64,000 nt of DNA from an uncultured Pelagibacteraceae bacterium (GTDB taxonomy: Bacteria; Pseudomonadota; Alphaproteobacteria; Pelagibacterales; Pelagibacteraceae). The notes under the pieces are model-generated. The model was given only the letters and a program-made list of their open reading frames with translations, was not told where the DNA came from and ran no database searches. The stretch covers positions 4,990 through 68,989 of the forward strand of contig CACOXL010000002.1 in assembly GCA_902631135.1 (NCBI GenBank), given 5' to 3'. Position numbers and translations under genes: made by a program. How positions within the stretch are numbered: the first letter of the stretch is position 1; the number at the start of each line of letters is the position of its first letter. This document shows, one piece after another, positions 51,159-59,402 of this stretch.

Positions 51159-52021
51159 TGATCAAGAAAGGAATAATTTTAGCTGGAGGTAAAGGAACCA
51201 GAATGAGTCCTTTAACTAAAGCAGTTAATAAACAATTACTTCCAATATACGATAAGCCTTTAATTTTTTATCCACTATCAATTTTAATGTTAGCCAAGAT
51301 AAAAGATATAATGATTATTGTTAACAAAGGACAGCTTCATCAATATAAAAAAATATTTCCTGATGGAAAAAGATTGGGAATAAATCTTACTTTTAAAGAA
51401 CAAAACACACCAAAAGGTTTGCCAGATGCATTCATACTTGGGGAAAAATTTATAAACAATCAAAATGTTGCATTAATTCTTGGTGATAATTTTTTTTATG
51501 GACAATATCTTTCAAAAAAATTACAAGAATGTACAAAACTTAAAAATGGAGCAAAAGTTTTGCTTCATAGAGTTACAAACCCTGAAAAATATGGTGTAGC
51601 AAAAGTAAAAAAAAATAAAATTTTTTTAATTAAAGAAAAACCAAAAAAATTCATTTCTGATTTAGCTATTACTGGTCTTTATTTTTTTGACAAAAAAGTT
51701 GTTAATTTCGCAAAACAATTAAAACCATCAAAAAGAAACGAACTAGAAATTACTGATTTGTTAAATAAATACAAAAATAATAAAAAACTATCTGCAGATT
51801 ATATTGGTCGAGGAGGAGCTTGGCTTGATACAGGTTCATTAGAAGATTTTTACAAAACAAGCAATTTTGTATCTGCTATAGAAAATAGACAAGGTTTTAA
51901 AATTGCATGTCTAGAGGAGATAGCATTATTGAATAAATGGATTAATACAAAACACATTAAAGAAGCAATTAAATTCTATGGTAATTGTGAATATTCTAAT
52001 TATCTCAAAAAATTGATTTAA
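51158..52021 (+). CDS. rfbA: Glucose-1-phosphate thymidylyltransferase
   Basis: GIILAGG.GTR, KQLLPIYDKP, LGDNFFYG, ELEITD, WLDTG motifs. Confidence 0.96.
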   Translation: MIKKGIILAGGKGTRMSPLTKAVNKQLLPIYDKPLIFYPLSILMLAKIKDIMIIVNKGQLHQYKKIFPDGKRLGINLTFKEQNTPKGLPDAFILGEKFINNQNVALILGDNFFYGQYLSKKLQECTKLKNGAKVLLHRVTNPEKYGVAKVKKNKIFLIKEKPKKFISDLAITGLYFFDKKVVNFAKQLKPSKRNELEITDLLNKYKNNKKLSADYIGRGGAWLDTGSLEDFYKTSNFVSAIENRQGFKIACLEEIALLNKWINTKHIKEAIKFYGNCEYSNYLKKLI

Positions 52022-52545
52022 TGATTAAAAAAACCAAATTTAAAGATTTAATTTTAATTAAAAATAAATCATACAAAGACAAAAGAGGTTATTTTAAGGA
52101 GCTTTTAAAAGAAAAAGATTTAAAGGATAGTTTTCCTTTTAAGGTTATGTCTTTTTCAAAAAAAAATGTCATCAGAGGTCTACATTTACAATCAAAAAAC
52201 TCTCAAGGTAAATTTGTTAGTGTTATCAAAGGAAAAATATTTGATGTGGTAGTTGATTTAAGAAAAAATTCTAAAACTTTTGGAAAAACTCTTACATCAA
52301 TACTCAGCGAAAGAAATTCGATTTCTATATACGTGCCACCTGGATTTGCCCATGGCTTTTGTGGTCTCTCACAAGAGAATTATGTGATTTACAGTTGTAC
52401 TAAATATAGAGATAAAAATAGTGAAACTGGTATCATGTATAATGATAAAGACCTTAAGATAAGATGGCCAATTAAAAAGGCTATAATTTCAAATAAAGAT
52501 AAAAATAATTTAAGTTTTAAAGATTATTTAAAAAAAACTAAATGA
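52021..52545 (+). CDS. rfbC: dTDP-4-dehydrorhamnose 3,5-epimerase
   Basis: D.RGYF.E, RGLH.Q, DVVVDLR..S, PPGFAHGF, S.KD motifs. Confidence 0.95.
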   Translation: MIKKTKFKDLILIKNKSYKDKRGYFKELLKEKDLKDSFPFKVMSFSKKNVIRGLHLQSKNSQGKFVSVIKGKIFDVVVDLRKNSKTFGKTLTSILSERNSISIYVPPGFAHGFCGLSQENYVIYSCTKYRDKNSETGIMYNDKDLKIRWPIKKAIISNKDKNNLSFKDYLKKTK

Positions 52546-53246
52546 GTTCCAAAATTTTAATTACAGGCGGGGATGGACGTTTTGCTCAAATTTTAAAAAA
52601 AAAAAATAAAAAGCTAAACTTAATATTTAAATCAAAAAAAGATCTTAATATACTCAAGCTTAATTCTTTGGAAAAAAAGATTAAAAAAATAAAACCAAAA
52701 ATGATTATACACACTGCTGGTTTATCCAGGCCAATGAACATTCATGAGAAAAATATATCAAAAAGTATAGACTTAAATATAATAGGGACGTGCAATATCG
52801 TTAAGATATGTAAAAAATATAATATTAAACTTGTTTATTTTTCAACTGGATATGTTTATGAAGGAAAAAAAGGTAACTATAAAGAAAAAGATCCAGTCAA
52901 ACCTTTTAATAATTATGGGCTTTCTAAATTGGCTGGAGAATGTGCAGCTCAAATGTATAAAAATTCATTAATTTTAAGAATAACAATGACTGAAAAACCT
53001 TTTGCGTACAAAAAAGCATACACAAATTTAAAAACAAATTTTATGTTTCATGAGGATCTAGTTAATTATTTGCCAAAGCTAATTAACAAAAAAGGAATAA
53101 TAAATGTTGGAGGTAAATCACAATCTGTTTTTCAATTTGCTAAAAAATATAATTCAAAAGTTAAGGGAGTAAAAGCAAACAAATTTAATAAATTACCACT
53201 TAATCAAACAATGAACCTTAATCTTTTAAAAAAAATTACTAAATAG
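52542..53246 (+). CDS. rfbD: dTDP-4-dehydrorhamnose reductase-like protein (short)
   Basis: ILITGG.G, YFST.YVY.G, P.N.YG.SK motifs; last gene of rmlBAC; 234 aa. Confidence 0.8.
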   Translation: MSSKILITGGDGRFAQILKKKNKKLNLIFKSKKDLNILKLNSLEKKIKKIKPKMIIHTAGLSRPMNIHEKNISKSIDLNIIGTCNIVKICKKYNIKLVYFSTGYVYEGKKGNYKEKDPVKPFNNYGLSKLAGECAAQMYKNSLILRITMTEKPFAYKKAYTNLKTNFMFHEDLVNYLPKLINKKGIINVGGKSQSVFQFAKKYNSKVKGVKANKFNKLPLNQTMNLNLLKKITK

Positions 53247-53323
53247 TGGTAGCGGGAAGTGGGATCGAACCACTGACCTCGGGCTTATGAGTCCCGCGCT
53301 CTAACCAACTGAGCTACCCCGCC
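53247..53323 (-). tRNA. tRNA-Met(CAT), probably elongator
   Basis: GGCGGGGTAGCTCAGTTGGTTAGAGCG...CT-CAT-AA...GGTTCGATCC...CCCGCTACCA; 77 nt with encoded CCA; G1 rather than the initiator C1 mismatch. Confidence 0.95.
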
Positions 53324-53370
53324 ATTATATTTCTGTTGATTTATAATAGTTTTATTTTTTGTTTCAATAC

Positions 53371-53379
53371 TTATCCACA
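53371..53379 (+). promoter_or_regulatory. Perfect DnaA box
   Basis: TTATCCACA in the tRNA-Met/guaC divergent spacer; function not demonstrated. Confidence 0.5.
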
Positions 53380-53428
53380 GGTAAGAATTCATTTGAAATA
53401 TTGCTATTCGAAGGTACTTTCACTTTTG

Positions 53429-54463
53429 ATGAGAATTGAAGAAGAATTAAAATTAGATTATTCAGACGTTTTATTTAGACCTAAAAGAAGCACTCTTAAA
53501 AGCCGTAAAGATGTCAATTTATTAAGAACTTATAGATTTAAATATAGTAAAAATGAATGGTCAGGGATTCCCATTATGGCAGCAAATATGGACGGTGTTG
53601 GAGAGCTAAGTATCGCTGAAAAATTAAATGAATATGGAATGATAACTTGTTTAACAAAACAACATAATGCAAAAAAAATAAAGTTAAACAAAAATATTAA
53701 AAAGATATACCCTAATATTGCATTAAGTGTAGGAATTAAAAAGGAAGACTTTCAAAATTTAGATAAAGTTTTAAAAGAATATAGTTTTTTTAAGTTTATA
53801 TGTATTGATGTAGCTAATGGTTATTCTGAACATTTTACTAATTTTGTAAAATCAGTGAGAGATAAATATCCAACTAAAACTATTATTGCTGGTAATGTGG
53901 TAACAGCTGATATGACACAAGAATTAGTTCTTAGTGGAGCAGACATTGTAAAAGTAGGAATAGGACCAGGAAGTGTTTGCACTACTAGAATACAAACTGG
54001 TGTTGGTTATCCTCAATTAAGTGCTGTTATAGAGTGTGCTGATGCAGCTCATGGTCTTGGCGCTCATATTATCGCTGATGGTGGATGTACCTGTCCTGGT
54101 GATGTAGCTAAAGGTTTCGGTGGTGGAGCAGATTTTGTTATGCTAGGTGGTATGCTAGCAGGCCACGATGAAGGCAAAGGTAAAATAGTAAAAATAAATG
54201 GATCAAAATACATAGAGTTTTATGGTTCTAGTTCTGAAGTAGCGAACAGAAAACATTACGGTGGGTTATCAGATTATAGAAGTAGTGAAGGTAGAACTGT
54301 AAGAGTTAAATATAGAGGAAAAATAAACGATACAATATTAAATATTTTAGGTGGTGTTAGAAGTAGCTGCACATATGTTGGTGCACCATCGTTAAAACAA
54401 CTTAGCAAATGTACAACTTTTGTAAGAGTCAGTAATCAATTTAACGATACTTTTACAAAATAA
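53429..54463 (+). CDS. guaC: GMP reductase (type 1)
   Basis: [54 protein letters not shown] motifs; true start placed at MRIEE. Confidence 0.96.
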   Translation: MRIEEELKLDYSDVLFRPKRSTLKSRKDVNLLRTYRFKYSKNEWSGIPIMAANMDGVGELSIAEKLNEYGMITCLTKQHNAKKIKLNKNIKKIYPNIALSVGIKKEDFQNLDKVLKEYSFFKFICIDVANGYSEHFTNFVKSVRDKYPTKTIIAGNVVTADMTQELVLSGADIVKVGIGPGSVCTTRIQTGVGYPQLSAVIECADAAHGLGAHIIADGGCTCPGDVAKGFGGGADFVMLGGMLAGHDEGKGKIVKINGSKYIEFYGSSSEVANRKHYGGLSDYRSSEGRTVRVKYRGKINDTILNILGGVRSSCTYVGAPSLKQLSKCTTFVRVSNQFNDTFTK

Positions 54464-54482
54464 CTTAAATTAAAATAAAATA

Positions 54483-54689
54483 TTAGAAAATTAATAATCC
54501 AAAAATTAATATGCCCGTTGAAGCTGCTGCTGAAAAATATATTTTTTTTCTAGACTCACTTTTTTGATTAAGTTTCACCCTGTTTAGTAAGACATTTATA
54601 TCAGTAGATTTTGAATTTTTTAATGGAACGTCTTCCTCTAAATATTTCGCAAGCATTGTCTTTTTAACTGAAGAAGATAAATTTTTCAT
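54483..54689 (-). CDS. Small tail-anchored hypothetical protein (DINVL motif)
   Basis: 68 aa; DINVLLNRVK...E.RK followed by a C-terminal hydrophobic helix. Confidence 0.7.
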   Translation of the reverse strand: MKNLSSSVKKTMLAKYLEEDVPLKNSKSTDINVLLNRVKLNQKSESRKKIYFSAAASTGILIFGLLIF

Positions 54690-54730
54690 AAGTTATTAAA
54701 TCACTATATTTTTAATTAATCAAATTAAAC

Positions 54731-54961
54731 TTAGAAAGAGAGATAAATACCTAAAATTCCTAAACCTAAAACTAATGAGGAAAGAACAAATAAATTTTTT
54801 TTAAACTCCTTGTTCTCGGTTTCTTGAAGTTTGGATTTCAATACATTGATATCAACTCTATTAGATTTAATTTGACTGGCTTTTAAAGGCTTTTCAGCTA
54901 GTCCCGCATCATTTGGGGTCTCGATGCTACTGTGATTATCTGCAAAGCCTTTATTTTCCAT
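54731..54961 (-). CDS. Small tail-anchored hypothetical protein (DINVL motif), paralog of neighbour
   Basis: 76 aa from ATG 54961; VDINVLKSKL...E.KK then C-terminal TM; promoter located just upstream. Confidence 0.72.
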   Translation of the reverse strand: MENKGFADNHSSIETPNDAGLAEKPLKASQIKSNRVDINVLKSKLQETENKEFKKNLFVLSSLVLGLGILGIYLSF

Positions 54962-54995
54962 TCTTGAATTTAAACATGAATGATCATTACGCTCA

Positions 54996-55051
54996 ATTAT
55001 AGCAAAGTCCAAAGTGGGTCTGATTTTGGTTGACAAGTGTCCAATATGGGT
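54996..55051. promoter_or_regulatory. Extended -10 promoter plus repeated operator-like motif
   Basis: Minus strand TGCTATAAT (54996-55004); GTCCAAAGTGGGT (55007-55019) and GTCCAATATGGGT (55039-55051) are 32 bp apart. Confidence 0.65.
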
Positions 55052-55074
55052 TTGTACTGCCATAACTTAAAAAT

Positions 55075-56052
55075 ATGAGCATTCAAGAAATAGATTTCTC
55101 AAAAACACTTTCAGACGATCAAGTCTACGAAACTATAATGGCGAATTATTCCAATTTAAGCAGAGAATGGATATTTCATCAATGGAATTGGATGAACAAT
55201 GTATATTCGTCATTTAAAGATCATTATAAATACATGATAATAATTTCACTGGTAGAAAAAACTCTTCAATTTTATGATCAAATGCAAATTAAGTATTCTT
55301 ATGAAGAATATTACTCAAAATCATATCTGCAAATTGAAAAATTTAGCATTACTGAACTCTGTGAAAAACTAGATTTACCTAAAGAAACTGTAAGAAGAAA
55401 AGTTCTGGAACTTGAAAAAGATGGAGTAATTACTCGAGATAAAAAAAAGATTATAATTGATCGAAAAGCATTCCCATTTGTTAAACCTGAAAATCAAATT
55501 AAATTTTCTTCAAAATATATTTATCTAGTTTCATGTGCTTTAAATAAAAATAAAATTTATTCAAAAAAACTTGATTCAAAAACAATTGAAAATATGATCA
55601 AAAAAAATTTTTCGTTATGTTGGAGATGGTTTTATAGAATGCAAATACCATTAATTATTGGATATCAAAAATTTATGAAAGATTTAACCACATTTCATAT
55701 TTGGGGCACAATTTGCATGAATCAAGTTTTAAATGTTTCAAAACATTTAGATACTGGCGAAAATAATCCACCTTTAGATCACTTTACTACTACTGATATT
55801 CTTTTAAAGAATTTAGGTTCGGATACAGGTATAAGTGCAATGTCAATTTCGGATATGACGGACATTCCTCGGGCGACGATAATTAGAAAATGTAAATATT
55901 TGTTGAAGAAAGATTTAATTCACGTAAATAAAAAAAAACAATATATTTTAACCACCATGAATTTTAGAGCTATCTTACCTTATCAAACGGAAATTTTTAA
56001 ATATAAAGCTAAGTTTATTCGTAAGGTTTTGAATTTACTTGTTATCTCTTAA
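55075..56052 (+). CDS. Internally duplicated winged-helix DNA-binding protein
   Basis: Two HTH-like segments, SITELCEKLDLPKETVRRKVLELEKDGVI and SAMSISDMTDIPRATIIRKCKYLLKKDLI. Confidence 0.8.
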   Translation: MSIQEIDFSKTLSDDQVYETIMANYSNLSREWIFHQWNWMNNVYSSFKDHYKYMIIISLVEKTLQFYDQMQIKYSYEEYYSKSYLQIEKFSITELCEKLDLPKETVRRKVLELEKDGVITRDKKKIIIDRKAFPFVKPENQIKFSSKYIYLVSCALNKNKIYSKKLDSKTIENMIKKNFSLCWRWFYRMQIPLIIGYQKFMKDLTTFHIWGTICMNQVLNVSKHLDTGENNPPLDHFTTTDILLKNLGSDTGISAMSISDMTDIPRATIIRKCKYLLKKDLIHVNKKKQYILTTMNFRAILPYQTEIFKYKAKFIRKVLNLLVIS

Positions 56053-56101
56053 TAATTAAAATATGTAATAGAGAAACGATACACAAATACTTAGAGGGGT
56101 C

Positions 56102-56953
56102 ATGGGTATAGTTACTACAATCGCACCATTTGCTTTAGCATTAATTATGCTGGCTTTAGGTGCATCTTTAACAGTAAAAGATTTTACAAGAGTATTTCAA
56201 CACCCAAAAGAATTTTTCGTAGGTTTAATTTGTCAATTAGTTGTTCTTCCAATAGTTGGATTCATATTAATTATTATTTTAAAAACTCCAATTGAACTAG
56301 CTTTAGGTGTTATGTTAATTGCAGCAGCACCTGGTGGGGTAACCTCAAATGTATTAACTAAATTTGCAGATGGTGATGTAGCACTTTCAATATCTCTTAC
56401 TGCTTTTACAAGTTTGATTAGTATTGTCTCTGTTCCTTATGTAGTTTTTTTATCTATTGATTTATTTGATATCACTTATGTTGAAAAAGAAGTTTCCATG
56501 CTTGGAATATCGTTAAAGATGTTTTTTGTTGTAACTGTTCCTGTAATTATTGGAATGATTATTAGAAAAATATTTAATAATTTTATTGAAAATAATATGA
56601 AAAATATTGAAAGATTATCTATCATATTATTTTGCTTAGTGTTTATTGCAATCTATATTGAAGAATGGGATAGTATTGTAATGTTCATAACTACTGCTGG
56701 AACTGTATCTTTAATTTTGAATATTTCTATGATGGTAATAGGATTCTATGTAGCTAAATTTTTTGCATCTGGTGTTGCTCAACAAAGATGTATTTCTTTG
56801 GAATGCGGTTTACAAAATGGAACTCTAGCTGTTTTTGTTGGAACACAATTGTTCGGAGAGAATATGACTTACATGGTACCAACTGCCGCTTATGCTTTAA
56901 TCATGATGGCAACTTCAGTGATCTTTGTAATCTTTTTAAGGAAAAGAACTTAA
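56102..56953 (+). CDS. Bile acid:sodium symporter (BASS) family transporter
   Basis: M..LG..L...DF, PGG.TSN, GDVALS.SLT, ECGLQNG motifs. Confidence 0.92.
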   Translation: MGIVTTIAPFALALIMLALGASLTVKDFTRVFQHPKEFFVGLICQLVVLPIVGFILIIILKTPIELALGVMLIAAAPGGVTSNVLTKFADGDVALSISLTAFTSLISIVSVPYVVFLSIDLFDITYVEKEVSMLGISLKMFFVVTVPVIIGMIIRKIFNNFIENNMKNIERLSIILFCLVFIAIYIEEWDSIVMFITTAGTVSLILNISMMVIGFYVAKFFASGVAQQRCISLECGLQNGTLAVFVGTQLFGENMTYMVPTAAYALIMMATSVIFVIFLRKRT

Positions 56954-59398
56954 TTATAAATTTTTAAAGTTTGTTCGTTTTAGGGCCTCTGTTTGAATAG
57001 AAATAGGATATTTCTTTTTTTCTACCTCAATAAATAAATTCTTATTTTTTAGCTCTTCATTAGTGAAATCATTATTAATATATCCAAAGGTTAAATTTTT
57101 CTTAAAATTAAATGAATAATTCCCTGAAGTTGATCTGCCTATAATTTTATTATCTAAGTAAATAGGTTCATCATGAAGTAATAATGGTTGACCTGGTTTA
57201 CTGCTATTTAAAGTGAACATTGCAAATCTGCTTTTAATCTTTTCTTTTTTAATTTTTTCTAAAGCTTTTTTACCAATAAATTCCACATCTTTTTTATTAC
57301 TTATCGTAAATGATAAACCAGCCTGATACTGATTTTCTTCCGGTGAAATATCATGGCCCCAATGTAAAAAACCACTTTCCATTCTCATAATATCCATTGC
57401 ATGCATGCCACAATTTGAAAGGTTAAAATCTTTGCCTTTTTCAATCAGTAATTCGTAAATCTTTTTAGCCTCATTAGTCTTAACATATAATTCATATCCT
57501 AATTCACCAACGTAAGACAATCTTTGAGTCCAAATTTTTATCCCATCTATAGTGATATATTTTGCAGTACCGAATTTAAAATTATCATTATCAAAATTTT
57601 CTTTTGAAATTGTTTTAATTAAATGTCTACTCTTTGGTCCAAATAATCCAAATACACAATAATCATCTGTTATATCCTTAAGCTCTACACCCTTAGAAAG
57701 ATGTTTGTTTATATGAAATTTATCTCTTTCTCTTGTTGCAGCTGAACTTATTATTCTAAAATGATTTTGATCTAAACAGATAACGGTTAAATCAGTCTCA
57801 ATTCCACCATCACTATTTAACATATGGGAATATGTACATTTACCAATCTCATTTTTAATATTAGCAGTACAAATTCTTTGTAATTCATGGTGAGCTTTAT
57901 CAGATTTAATCTCAAATTTAGAAAAAGGAGTTAAATCAAATAACCCAACATTCTTAATGGTATTATTGGTCTCGTACTCTGCTGAAGGATACCAATTTTG
58001 ATAATTATAACTGTATTCATACTCTGATTTTTCACCATCTAATGCAAACCACATTGGCCTTTCATAACCAGCTGAAACACCAAAGCATGCTCCAAAACTC
58101 TTTAAATTATCATGATATGGAAGTGTTTTTATATTTCTTGAAGTCTTATGCTGTTTAAAGGGCCAATGCATACCATAAAGATCACCTAAAGTTTCAGTAA
58201 TTCTTTTTTTTATAAAACCTAATTCTGAATGAAATTTTTGAAATCTTTTTATATCATAACTGAAAATATCTTCATTGATATGGCCATTCATCATCCATTC
58301 AGCTGTCACTTTTCCAACACCTCCCCCACTTCCGATTCCAATACTATTCAGACCACAACATACAAAGAAATTTTTAATCTCTGGAACTTCACCCAATAAA
58401 GTATTTGTATCTGGAGTAAAAGACTCAGGTCCTGCAAAAAATTTTCTAATTCCTGCTTTTTCTAAAATAGGAAATCTTTTAATTGCAGATGCTAAATATG
58501 GTTCAAAATGTTCAAAGTTTTCAGGGAATTCTCCAAAAGAAAAATCCTCGGGTACTAGGCTTGTTTTATCAAATGCTGGTATAGATTTTCCCTCAAAAAT
58601 ACCTACTAAGATTTTGCCAGCATCCTCTTTAATATAAGTACTGTTATCAAAATCTCTAATCACTGGTAAAGTTTTAGATAAATTTTCAATTGGCTCAGTT
58701 ATTATATAAAAATGCTCTGCCGGATAAAGTGGGACACTTACTCCGAGCTTTTCTGCGATTTGTCTAGACCACATACCTGAAGCTAAAACAATATATTCAC
58801 AATCAATTTTTTGACCATTAACTTTAACACCAGAAATTTTTCCATCTTTTGTTAAAATTTCATCTACAGGCGATTTTTCAAAAATTTGAGCACCTTCCAT
58901 TCTTGCTCCTTTTGCAAGCATATGGGTAACACCTGATGGATCGGCCGCACCATCACCTGGCATCAAAATTCCACCTATTACTTCATCAGTGTTAATAATT
59001 GGATAATCTTTTTTTATTTGATCTTTATCTAAAATTCTTACATCAACATCATAAAGCTGTGCTGTTGTTGCTTGTCTTTGAAGTTCTTGCCATCTTCCTT
59101 TATTTTGTGCAATTGAAAGAGCACCGTTTAATCTTAAACCTGCTGAATGATCAACTTCTTTTTCAAGTTTTTTATATAAATCTAATGTGTATTTTCTTAT
59201 TTTTGTAATTGATGCTGTCGGACCTAATTGACTAACAAGCCCAGCTGCATGCCAAGTTGTTCCTGAAGTTAGCTGATCTCTTTCTAAAAGGATTGTATCT
59301 TTCCAACCAAATTTTGCTAAATGATAAGCAACTGAACAACCAACTACACCACCACCAATTACAACAACTTTTGCACTACTTGGTAGTTTCTTTTCCAT
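56954..59398 (-). CDS. GcvT-family FAD-dependent oxidoreductase (dimethylglycine/sarcosine dehydrogenase-like)
   Basis: IGGG..G, LTSGTTWHAAG, GPESFTPD, YERP.WF, SYVGELGYE motifs; 814 aa. Confidence 0.92.
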   Translation of the reverse strand: MEKKLPSSAKVVVIGGGVVGCSVAYHLAKFGWKDTILLERDQLTSGTTWHAAGLVSQLGPTASITKIRKYTLDLYKKLEKEVDHSAGLRLNGALSIAQNKGRWQELQRQATTAQLYDVDVRILDKDQIKKDYPIINTDEVIGGILMPGDGAADPSGVTHMLAKGARMEGAQIFEKSPVDEILTKDGKISGVKVNGQKIDCEYIVLASGMWSRQIAEKLGVSVPLYPAEHFYIITEPIENLSKTLPVIRDFDNSTYIKEDAGKILVGIFEGKSIPAFDKTSLVPEDFSFGEFPENFEHFEPYLASAIKRFPILEKAGIRKFFAGPESFTPDTNTLLGEVPEIKNFFVCCGLNSIGIGSGGGVGKVTAEWMMNGHINEDIFSYDIKRFQKFHSELGFIKKRITETLGDLYGMHWPFKQHKTSRNIKTLPYHDNLKSFGACFGVSAGYERPMWFALDGEKSEYEYSYNYQNWYPSAEYETNNTIKNVGLFDLTPFSKFEIKSDKAHHELQRICTANIKNEIGKCTYSHMLNSDGGIETDLTVICLDQNHFRIISSAATRERDKFHINKHLSKGVELKDITDDYCVFGLFGPKSRHLIKTISKENFDNDNFKFGTAKYITIDGIKIWTQRLSYVGELGYELYVKTNEAKKIYELLIEKGKDFNLSNCGMHAMDIMRMESGFLHWGHDISPEENQYQAGLSFTISNKKDVEFIGKKALEKIKKEKIKSRFAMFTLNSSKPGQPLLLHDEPIYLDNKIIGRSTSGNYSFNFKKNLTFGYINNDFTNEELKNKNLFIEVEKKKYPISIQTEALKRTNFKNL

Positions 59399-59402
59399 TT
59401 AA

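Noticed and set aside
48500-53323. Integrative element or prophage at tRNA-Met
   Set aside because: No integrase, phage genes or duplicated tRNA 3' end were found.
53336-53428. 31-aa N-terminal extension of guaC in the ORF track
   Set aside because: GuaC homology starts at MRIEE; the extension is promoter DNA.
54962-55063. 34-aa N-terminal extension of the 110-aa ORF
   Set aside because: It runs through the extended -10 and operator-like repeats; ATG 54961 downstream of the promoter is more plausible.
59399-59402. Glycine or SAM riboswitch before the GcvT-family gene (also considered before speDE and mtnP)
   Set aside because: Spacers are only 4-41 bp and AT-rich, leaving no room for an aptamer.
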